Below are positions 1 to 8,703 of a stretch of DNA of 64,000 bases, in pieces. The notes below the pieces were generated by a model. That model was not told the origin of the DNA and made no database searches. It saw nothing but the letters and a program-made list of their open reading frames with translations. The DNA lies in the NCBI GenBank assembly GCA_963774265.1, contig CAVZDU010000001.1:128001-192000 (forward strand), given 5' to 3'. This DNA comes from an uncultured Chloroflexia bacterium. Its GTDB lineage: Bacteria > Chloroflexota > Anaerolineae > CG2-30-64-16. Numbering within the stretch: position 1 is the stretch's first letter; each line of letters starts with the position of its first letter. The translations under genes were made by a program, and so were the position numbers.

Positions 1-247
1 GACGGGTTCCCCCCGCAAGGGCCACTTTGGAGGTAACTGGTTCACCCGTCAATACTTATGTATAACCCATTTCGCGCGCACGGACGTGCTACGCGAGTCC
101 TAGGGGTAGGGCCGCCCGCGACCACCATTTGGCGCCTCACACGCGGCCCCAAAATTCTCAAACCTTAAATCTTGTGCCTGTTTTTTTCGTTAAGGTTTGT
201 TATCGTCAACTCACCGTGAGGCACAAAAATCTCCAGGCCAGGCGCCG

Positions 248-1918
248 TCACGCGGCCGGTTTGAGCATCGGAATCTTGACACCCATGCGCCTGCGCGGCC
301 GCAATCGCTTCCGGATAGCCCGCATCGGCGTGACGGGCAATCCCCATGCCGGGATCGGTTGTCAGCACACGTTGCGAGGCGCCGTGCGGCCTCGGGCGTG
401 CCATCGGCCACGATCACCTGCCCGGCATGCTGGCTGTAACCGATGCCGACGCCGCCGCCATGGTGGAAGCTTACCCAGGTCGCGCCGCCCACGGCGTTGA
501 TCAACGCGTTCAGGATCGGCCAGTCCGAGATGGCGTCCGACCCGTCGCGCATCCCCTCGGTTTCCCGGTTTGGACTCGCCACGCTGCCTGCGTCCAGATG
601 ATCGCGGCCGATCACGATCGGCGCCTGACACCCGTCCATCCGCCACGGCCTGGTTGAACGCCAGCCCGGCACGCGCACGTTCTCCGTACTTCAGCCAACA
701 AATACGCGCTGGCAGCCCTTGCCAGGCGATGCGCTCCTGCGCCATCGTGATCCAGCCGGCGCAGATGTTCGTTCTCGGGGAACAGGTCCAGGATGATCCG
801 GTCCGTTTCGTAGATGTCCTGGGGATCGCCGCTCAGCGCGACCCAACGGAACGGCCCGGAACCCTCGCAGAAGAGCGGCCTGATGAACGCGGGAACGAAG
901 CCCGGATAGTCGAATGCATCCTTCACCCCTGCATCATAGGCGCGCTGGCGCAGGTTGTTGCCGTAGTCGAACACGACGCTGCCTGCCCGCTGGAAGGCCA
1001 ACATGGCCCGGACGTGCGCCGCCATGCTCTCCATTGCGCGTGCCTGGTAGCCCGCCGGGTCCGCCGCCCGTATGCGACGGCGGCTTGCTCCAGCGTCATC
1101 CCCGTGGGGATGTAGCCCAGCAGCGGGTCGTGCGCGCTGGTCTGGTCCGTCACCACATCGGGCGTGACCCCGCGTGCCACCAGCTCGGGCAGGATTTCGG
1201 CCGCGTTGCCCAGCAAGCCCGATCGATTTGGCCTCACCCCGTCGCCACCGCCTCCTCGACCCACGTCATGGCCTCTTCGAGGTTGTCCGTTGCGACGTCC
1301 AGGTAGCGGTGCTGCAGCCGGCGGTCGATGCGCCACTGGTCCACCTCGACCACGAGCGCCACGCCGCCGTTCATCGTCACAGCCAGCGGCTGCGCGCCGC
1401 CCATCTCGCCCAGCCCCGCGGTCAAGCACGAATCTTGCCCTTCAGCGTGCCCCAGCCCTGCTGCCGCGCCAGGCTCCCAAATGTCTCGTACGTGCCTTGC
1501 AAGGATGCCCTGCGTGCCGATGTAGATCCAGCTGCCCGCGGTCATCTGGCCGAACATGATCAGGCCCTCGGCTTCCCAACGGTCGAAGTTCTCCTGCGTG
1601 GCCCAGTGCGGCACGATGTTCGAGTTGGCGATCAGCACGCGAGGCGCATCTTCGTGGGTGCGGAAGACGGCCACCGGCTTGCCCGACTGGACCAGCAGCG
1701 TTTCGTCCGGCTCCAGGTTGCGCAGGCTCTCCAGGATCGCATCGAAGCAGGCCCAGTTGCGCGCCGCCCGGCCCCGTCCGCCATAGACGATCAGGTCATC
1801 CGGGAACGCGGCCACCTCCGGGATCCAGGTTGTTCTGGATCATGCGGTAGGCGGCTTCGATCAGCCAGTTCTTGCAGGTCAGCTTCGTCCCACGCGGGGC
1901 GCGGATGATGCGGCTCAT
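248..1918 (-). CDS. hutU: Urocanate hydratase (split by several frameshifts, probably sequencing errors)
   Basis: Fragments carry HutU motifs: [92 protein letters not shown] at 1918 and TGA at 248-250 read by hand. Confidence 0.95.
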
Positions 1919-1955
1919 GGCAATCCTCGATTGGTGCTCGTTCGCGTCACAGGCG

Positions 1956-3388
1956 TTACAGATCAAAGTACAGTCTGCACTTCGTACGGGTGCGGGCGTT
2001 CGAGCACCGCGTAGTGTTCCTTCAACTTGGCCTTGATCCAGTCCAGGATCGTCTCCTCGTCGAACACATCGCCGGCCAGCAGGAAGTCCGTAGTCGGCCT
2101 GCAGCGCCTCGCACGCCTTCGCCGAGCGACGTCGGCAGCGCCTTGATCTCGGCCCGACGCTCAGGCTCCCACTTGAAGATGTTCTCGTCGATCGGTCCGA
2201 AGCCGTGCTCGGTGGGGTCGATCTTCCGCTGCACGCCGTCGATCCCCGCCATCAGCATCGCGGCCATCGCCAGGTATGGGTTGCAGGTGGCGTCGGGCGG
2301 CCGGAACTCCATGCGGACGGCCTCCGGCTGGGTGGCGTACTTCGGCACCCGGATTGCCGCCGAGCGATTGCCGGTCGAGAAGAAGCAGTTGACCGGCGCC
2401 TCGTAGCCCGGCACCAGCCGGCGATACGAGTTGGTGGACGGATTGGTGAGGGCCAGCAGCGCCGGCGCGTGGAGCAGCAGCCCGCCAATGTAGTGGAGCG
2501 CCGTCTCGCTGAGCAGGCTGTAACCCCTGCCGCGTCGTAGAACTGGTTGACCCCACGCTTGAAGACGTGCTGGTGGAAGTGCATGCCGTTGCCCGCTTCA
2601 CCGAACAGCGGCTTGGGCATGAAGGTCACGGCCTGGCCGCGACTGCCGCGCGACCATCTTGCGACACGTACTTGATCGTCTGGACCGCGTCCGCGGCCGC
2701 CAGCAGCCCCATCAGCGGCGTCTCGATCTCGCACTGCCCCGGCCCGCCGACCTCGTGATGATGGTACTTGACCGGCACGCGCATCCCTTCAAGGGTGGTG
2801 ACGATGCGGGTCCGCAGAGGCGCGAGCTGATCGCGCGGCGGGATCGCATGATAGCCGCCATGCAAGCGGCACGTAGTGCCCGGCCGCCTTCAGGGCTGTG
2901 CCAGTCGGCCTCCGCCGAATCCACCCGGTATGAGGCGACATTGACTGCCGTTGTCGTAGGCCACGTTATCGAAGACGTAGAACTCGAACTCGGGTCCCCA
3001 CCGGCTTTCGTCGCGCGATGCCTGTGTCGCGCAGGTAGGCCTCTGCCCGCTGGGCGATCACGCGCGGATCCCGGAAGTAGAGGGCCTTGGTGTCGGCCTC
3101 CACGACGCTGCAGATGAAGCTCAGGGTCGGGACTTCCCAGAAAGGATCGACGACGCCGGTGGACAGGTCGGGGATGAGCACCATGTCGCCCGACTTGACG
3201 CTCCGCAGGCCCACGCTCGAGCCGTCAAAGCCGATGCCCGCGGTCATCAGGTTCGGCGTGAACTCGCTGGCCGAGAGCGTCACATGGTGCCAGCGGCCCC
3301 AAAGGTCGCTGAACTTGAGGTCGATCATGCGGATGCCGCTCTCACGCACGAACGCGGCCGCGACATCGAAGTTCTTGAACTCTGGCAC
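1956..3388 (-). CDS. glnA: Type I glutamine synthetase (frameshifted)
   Basis: [74 protein letters not shown]; GTG start after AAAGGAG. Confidence 0.95.
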
Positions 3389-3484
3389 AACAACACACTC
3401 CTTTGTGCAGGCTCTGCGCACGGCTTACATTATCGGGTAGGTAGCGAGTAAGCGCAAAACAGCGCTTCATAAGCGACAACAGCA

Positions 3485-3514
3485 AGGCCCTCGTCATGGT
3501 CTGACGGGGGCTTT
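3485..3514. terminator. Stem-loop at the glnA/island junction
   Basis: aaggccctcgtca-tggtc-tgacgggggcttt imperfect inverted repeat. Confidence 0.5.
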
Positions 3515-3950
3515 CGTTGCGTCATTCAGGGCGCCAGGATGCCCACAGAGGCCACTGTACGGCGATCAGGGCGTTTGATACAGTGTGCTGATGGAACCTT
3601 CCTATCATGCAGGGCGTGGCGCGCGTGAGGCAGTGTGGAAGGACGGAGGGAACCCGTTTCCGCGCTTCGACTTCTCGGTGGCGCAGATGCACAACGGGAA
3701 GCTGACATGGGAGGGGCAAATGTGCGGGGCGTAGGCGGTGGAGTATGCCTCAGCGAAACTGCAGGTTGATCTGAGTCAGCGGCTGGTGTACTCATACCGA
3801 AGAGCGAGCGAGCCGGAGGACCGGCCCTGATCGCCTTCCCGTTGGGGTGGGCCGCATGGTAGGCGAACCTAGCTCCATTGTCAAGACGTTCGGAGATCGT
3901 ACCGAGCCAACTTACCGCAAGACAGGAAAGCTAGTAATTCACAGTACACT

Positions 3951-4943
3951 CTAGGCTATGTTTGCACCTTTTGAACGATTGCACTGCGCGCAGAGGAGTT
4001 GGATATTGCGTGCTGTATTGCTTCCGCCCTTGGAGACAGGGATGATATGATCATACTCTAGATTCGCTTGGCTTCCGCATTTTGCACAATGGCCTCTATC
4101 ACGTCGCCAGACGAACATCTTGACATCATCGGATATGGCTTGTCTTTCATATGCTAGGGGGTTCCGCATGTCGCCGAATATCCCTACATCATCGGGTATG
4201 GCTTGTCTTTCATATACTGGGGGGGCACCCATTTCGTCGAATAACCCTACATCATCGGGTATGGCTTGTCTTTCACATACTGGGGCGTTCCACCTTTCGC
4301 CGAACACGGCTAACGCCGCACTCGCGGTTGCTGATGTAATCACTCCATCCGCGTAGACGATGGCGTATTGGTGGACTTTCTTCAGGGCAAGCAGAGCCTC
4401 TCCAGGGCATCCATTGCTTCGTTCGGCCAGCAAATAAGAGGCTTCAACGGTGATCGCAACTCCCAGCCGGCTTGCTGATGAGGTTATTATCGTTTGCATA
4501 TCAGCCGTGCTGTAGGGATCAAGATTGAAGGCATACATCAGGTTGCCAAGTCTGTCAAGGACTTTCGATGGCCCTGAAGTTGTGCCAACTACGGTGAAAT
4601 GAGGAAGCTTCAAGCCAATCCTGCGGGCTGAAGAACCCTTCCCAACAGAAATCTCAATGCGGAATTCCTCCATAGCCCGAACCAGAAGCTCCAATATTGG
4701 TCTCCGCATTGTAACGTAGCCAGCCTGTACCAGGTAGAATCTTGCCCAGTCAACACTATTGCTGAACCGAGATGCACCACTGGAAATGGTGCCTGTGAGT
4801 TCGGCGTCGGAGATGCGGAGGCTCTCAATGATGATATCCTTCACCTCCGAAGGATGACCAGACCCGCCAAGCTTGTTTAGGGCGTCAATGATCGGACCGA
4901 AGAACTTGACGAACTTGGGGCCACCTTTGTTCGCTCTAGCCAC
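3951..4943 (-). CDS. Fusion of Mrr N-terminal winged helix, partial RuvB AAA+ core/lid, 3x21-aa repeat and HNH endonuclease
   Basis: PIIDAL..LGGSG..SEV...SG.[12 protein letters not shown]..AGY (Mrr_N); AMEEF.[21 protein letters not shown] (RuvB); VWRRD.G.CAKCG....[15 protein letters not shown]...NIQLLC..CN..K (HNH). Confidence 0.85.
   Translation of the reverse strand: [330 protein letters not shown]
4123..4306. repeat. About three copies of a 63-bp tandem coding repeat (ERQAIPDDV...)
   Basis: acatcatcgg(a/g)tatggcttgtctttca starts at 4123, 4186 and 4249. Confidence 0.9.
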
Positions 4944-4982
4944 TTGTCTGCTCCTCTGAGGGGCATGAACTGCTCTGGCAGG

Positions 4983-6198
4983 CTAAGCATTGGTTAGTAA
5001 CTTGAAATCGTGCTCGCTCACGCGATGTGTTGCCTGCACAAACCAAGCCCATGAGTTGTTCAGGTTCTTGCCCTGAAATGCGTCAAGTATGGCCCGAAGA
5101 TCGGCGTTAACGACCACTGGTTCCTGAAGGTATAGCGTCGGGTTGACGACGGAGACCACCCAGGGGAAGTCGTCGGGATGGGCGACTTTCGGATGCCGCT
5201 TCAGCTCAGGTGCGGTCGCTACACAAGCGTGAGCGATGACGCCTTTGGTGGTGGCATAAAAACAGGATCCAGTCGCCGGGTTTAATGTGTTTGCGACCTG
5301 GCGTACGGTGACCGAAGGCATAGATATGTTCTTCGCCCACCAGTTGTTGAACGCACTCCTCAGCAGTTCCCTCCTCGTCTGACTTAACAGGTGTGAGCCA
5401 ATAGACTGGGGCGGAGTTCAGCAACTCAGTGACTTCTTGAGAGACCACGGGCGAAATGACTGGTGCTGAGACCTGAGGAGCAGGAAACAAGATGTTAGCA
5501 ACGGGTGCAATTTGAGATTGCGGCGCAGTAGTCCCTTCTAGCGGCTGTGACGCTAGAAGGCTCGTAATGAGATCGACAACAGGATCAATACGTGGGCCTG
5601 AAGGGCGCAGTAGCGCCAGCACATCTTGATGGCTTACGTGATAGGCGTCCATCATATCGGCAAGCGCCAGAAGAGACTCGATAGAGAGAATGCGAAGCTG
5701 ATCCGTGCGCTTCTCCGCGACGATGGCGTTATCGAGTTGTTGTAAACCAGCATCTGGCCTGCCAACGAGGTACAGCCCCAAGGCAGTATCCCAATTCGGA
5801 ATCTTCTTTTCCGAGATCAGCGCATCCACGTAGCCGATCAGCGTCTTGGTCTTGATTGCGAAGACATCGCTGGTCTTTACCTCTACAACGATATGAAAAC
5901 CGGTGGGCGAACGCCAATATCCGTCAAAACCGATGTGTGCAGTGGTTCCTTGATAACGTCCGAAGGTGACGTCGAAACCCATAAATCTTCCAAGGTGATT
6001 GACGAGGTCCTGAAGAGCTCTGGCATAGACGTCGCCTGACTTAAGCAAGCACTCATCAATATGGTCCCGAATCACCCCTACTTGCTTGGCATTCTCGGCC
6101 AAAAAATCACGGAAACGCTCGCGGGGAGTGTCCGGACCAGGCGCGTCGTCAAGTTTGCCGACAAGTGCGAGAATCTGACTTAGGCCGATGCTTGCCAT
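4983..6198 (-). CDS. PD-(D/E)xK restriction-like nuclease with C-terminal EVE/PUA-like domain (frameshift near 5260)
   Basis: GFDGYWRSP.G.HIVVEVKTS catalytic-type motif; C-terminal YWLTPV...IKPGDWILFYATTKGVIAHA.V once the two ORFs are joined. Confidence 0.75.
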
Positions 6199-6377
6199 CT
6201 CATTCGACCTCCAGGGAAAGTTGCGTTAAGCGTGATCATCCCGGAGCCCAGGTCAACGATCCCAGTTATTGTGTAATCGGGTGCCTCTAACTCGCTAGTA
6301 GTGGCCATCAAGTCCAATATCCCAGCTTCTTTGTCGAACTCTCCATAGATAGAGTAATCTGGCGAGATACGGATCAT
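6180..6377 (-). CDS. Small hypothetical protein
   Basis: 65-aa ORF overlapping the nuclease start; no clear motif. Confidence 0.3.
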   Translation of the reverse strand: MIRISPDYSIYGEFDKEAGILDLMATTSELEAPDYTITGIVDLGSGMITLNATFPGGRMRWQASA

Positions 6378-6470
6378 CCGAGACTAGATCAAGCATCGCA
6401 AATCCGCCTTCCAGATCAATCTCTACCACTTAGTGAGTAGTCTGGGGCGTCAACAAAAGCAGACACCAGC

Positions 6471-7103
6471 TTAAGTTCGACACTGCCTGAGTGTATCGAC
6501 CCACGTGCCAGACCCCGTGTACATCGGTCCTTCCGAATAGGGCGTTGCATGAAGAACGATCTGTTTAGCTGATTGCCCCGGCACAGTCTTCTTCAGCTTC
6601 CTACCGGATGCGTGGGATCCCATCCTCGGCTCAGACGGTACTGAAGTCAGGGGAGACGCCTCGGAAGTCTTTTTCACGCCAGATCCACATTGGCTGCAGA
6701 ATCTGGCTGAGCTTGCTACTTCAGCGCCGCACTGCTTGCAGACCTGCTTTGCTGCCGTCTCTTGTTCGTCTGAGCGTAGCCACTCGATCAGGGTCATCTC
6801 CTGGTTGGCCAATGCGGTGTTTATTTGCAGCAGCGTCATCAAAACGGCACGGCACTGGGTAGCCTTCCATTGGTTTCCAAAGATAGGGCGGAGGTACCTC
6901 CTTTCTGCTTCGCCCACTTCGGCAGATAATCCCGCCATCTTTTCCTTCCTCGACCTGACCAGCGCAAGCAACTGCTCCGCCTCAGTCCTGCTCGTCCACT
7001 CTGGAACACTTAGCGTGACAACGCGGTTTTCGCCCGGTTGCGGAGTCCTAATACCAAGGACCCGTTCGATTCGGGCGAAGTACTCATCCTCCACACTGGA
7101 CAC
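6471..7103 (-). CDS. Hypothetical protein with coiled coil and zinc ribbon
   Basis: CKQCGAEVASSARFCSQCG; GAAGGAG RBS before the GTG start. Confidence 0.7.
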   Translation of the reverse strand: MSSVEDEYFARIERVLGIRTPQPGENRVVTLSVPEWTSRTEAEQLLALVRSRKEKMAGLSAEVGEAERRYLRPIFGNQWKATQCRAVLMTLLQINTALANQEMTLIEWLRSDEQETAAKQVCKQCGAEVASSARFCSQCGSGVKKTSEASPLTSVPSEPRMGSHASGRKLKKTVPGQSAKQIVLHATPYSEGPMYTGSGTWVDTLRQCRT

Positions 7104-7147
7104 TTGAATTCTCCTTCATCGTAGCTGACAGCGGCTGTGTGCGATGC

Positions 7148-7204
7148 TTTGTGTTGCCGGAAACAAATGCTACCACAGGCAGCCATGACCGCAAAGGGGA
7201 GACG
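7148..7204 (-). promoter_or_regulatory. Promoter/operator module, copy A
   Basis: Minus strand TTGCGG-16-TAGCAT followed by imperfect IR tttgtttccggcaacacaaa; homologous to 8125-8182. Confidence 0.55.
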
Positions 7205-7341
7205 ATTGTCCGAGGTTCAGCGGGCCGTGACAATAGGAGCGGTCAATCGACTGGCGGAATCGGGCGATATATTGGATCAGGTGGCAAATTCGCTGTGGCG
7301 GGATGGCGCAGCCGGAGACTGGTGCCGACGGAGTGAGGCAG

Positions 7342-7419
7342 ACGGAACGGCAATGGGTTAAGCCGCGCGTGGTCCGAGCGCAGCGAGGCGAAGTCGTCCG
7401 GTGCAACGCGTGGTGAGCC
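7342..7419 (-). repeat. Degenerate integron attC-like site
   Basis: Minus strand GGCTCAC-cacgcg-TTGCACCGGAC...cttcgcctcgctgcgctcgg...GCGGCTTAAC-ccattgcc-GTTCCGT immediately after the NYN stop. Confidence 0.55.
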
Positions 7420-7431
7420 CGCCCTCACGAT

Positions 7432-7974
7432 TTACACGGCAAGTAGCCTTAAGTATGGATTCAAAGAGATGAACTTGTCACATGAATGCTTCACCTCTTG
7501 AGAGGCATGTTCCCAGAACACAACTTCGACTCGGTATCCATCGTCACGTAATCGCTCAATGGCAGGAACGAAATCGCCATCCCCTGCAACCAGCGTTATT
7601 GTATCTTCGTTCTGATTCACACGCTTGTAAGCATCAGCGACCATAGCCGTCACAATCCCCGTATCTATCTTTTTTTCACGATTAGCCACATTACGATCAA
7701 CTATAATGGGCTCGAACCCTGCACGCTCCGCCATCATCCAGAGAATATCGTTTTTGGGTGGGCGCGACCCAAACAATGCCGCACGCCTAATGTTTTCAGG
7801 CTTCTCTCCAGCAACGAACGCGAGTAATTTGCCAAAAGCGATTCTGTAGCTAACATCTAGGATTCTGTTGTACATTGCATCCCAGATGCTCAATGCGAGT
7901 CCGTTCTCAACGGCGCTAACACGCTGACCTTCGATAAACACATTGGAGTTATCGACATAAACGTATTCAGCCAG
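7432..7974 (-). CDS. NYN-domain (PIN-like/LabA) ribonuclease
   Basis: (M)AEYVYVDNSNVFIEG, EKKIDT, LVAGDGDFVP, VEVVFW..AS; probable CTG start at 7974 after GGAGAG. Confidence 0.85.
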   Translation of the reverse strand: MAEYVYVDNSNVFIEGQRVSAVENGLALSIWDAMYNRILDVSYRIAFGKLLAFVAGEKPENIRRAALFGSRPPKNDILWMMAERAGFEPIIVDRNVANREKKIDTGIVTAMVADAYKRVNQNEDTITLVAGDGDFVPAIERLRDDGYRVEVVFWEHASQEVKHSCDKFISLNPYLRLLAV

Positions 7975-8124
7975 TAAACTCTCCGATGTCCCAATAGGCG
8001 AAACGGGCTAACAAGTCAGAATCCAGCGAACTGCTGGATATGTTACTCCGGCCACATCATCTGGAGCCGCATCTCGCGGGGTCAACGTGCCAACAGGAAG
8101 CTCTGCGGCCAACTCATACAATAC

Positions 8125-8182
8125 TTTGTGTTGCCTGAAACAAACGCTACCACAAACGGCTATCACTGCAAAACAGGAGACG
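8125..8182 (-). promoter_or_regulatory. Promoter/operator module, copy B
   Basis: Minus strand TTGCAG-16-TAGCGT plus tttgtttcaggcaacacaaa; direct repeat of 7148-7204. Confidence 0.55.
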
Positions 8183-8184
8183 GT

Positions 8185-8538
8185 TCACAGCAGGCTGTCC
8201 GCCCGCCCTTGCTTGGGGCGCTGCTCCCTGGCATCCGCTTGAGGCAGTGTGGCGTCACGGCAGGCAGCGTCACGTTTGCGTCGGCGAGGCTCAGCAGCGC
8301 GTCGGCGTACCTCATATCGCAAATGACACCGCTGGCATGGACTCGCAAGGTTGGCGGGATCGGAGTTTTGAGGATCGTGGTCCAGGTGGGCGACGGTCAG
8401 GATAGCCCGGCTTCCGGTTTCGGGGTGGGGCTGGAGGTTCGCGGCCCCGCACCATTCACAACGCCAGCCAGCCTATTTCCGGACAGCGAAGCTGATCTGC
8501 TTCCAGTTGGGCGGTTGGCGGTTGGCGTGAAACGGCAT
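8185..8538 (-). pseudogene. Phage-type HNH endonuclease with an in-frame TAG
   Basis: Manual translation MPFHANRQPPNWKQISFAVRK*AGWRCEWCGAANLQPHPETGSRAILTVAHLDHDPQNSDPANLASPCQRCHLRY; not present in the ORF track. Confidence 0.75.
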
Positions 8539-8703
8539 TACTTCATCGACCCGCTTCACCGCGGCAGCAGCCCAACGTGCAACATCCCGCACTCCCGGCA
8601 GGTGTTGTAGCGGTACTCCCAGCGCGTCCCCGTGGATTCCTCACGTTTCTTGACCCTGGCTCGCAGCGGGCGTCTTGCACCTCGTCGGGCAAGCGCGCCG
8701 GTC

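Larger units (their letters stand above)
3520..8700. mobile_element. Lower-GC accessory/defence island between glnA and hutH
   Basis: Visibly more AT-rich than the flanks; contains only nucleases, hypothetical genes, attC-like sites and a phage-type HNH relic; no integrase seen. Confidence 0.65.

Noticed and set aside
248-3388. hutU and glnA as true pseudogenes or programmed frameshifting
   Set aside because: The same indel pattern affects essential leuS and many unrelated genes; sequencing error is more parsimonious.
3522-3795. Short ORFs at the island's left edge
   Set aside because: Low-complexity translations with no motifs or convincing RBS.
4123-4306. Possible mini-CRISPR array (~28-bp conserved core with ~35-bp intervals)
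   Set aside because: The intervening segments resemble each other, the period is 63 bp in frame within a protein, and no cas genes are present.
4300-4715. Calling the island ORF a bona fide ruvB
   Set aside because: It lacks Walker A/B and the RuvB C-terminal winged helix, and there is no adjacent ruvA or ruvC.
8473-8475. In-frame TAG as pyrrolysine or a recoded stop
   Set aside because: TAG is used as a normal stop elsewhere in the window, no pyl genes are present, and the context is a decaying relic.
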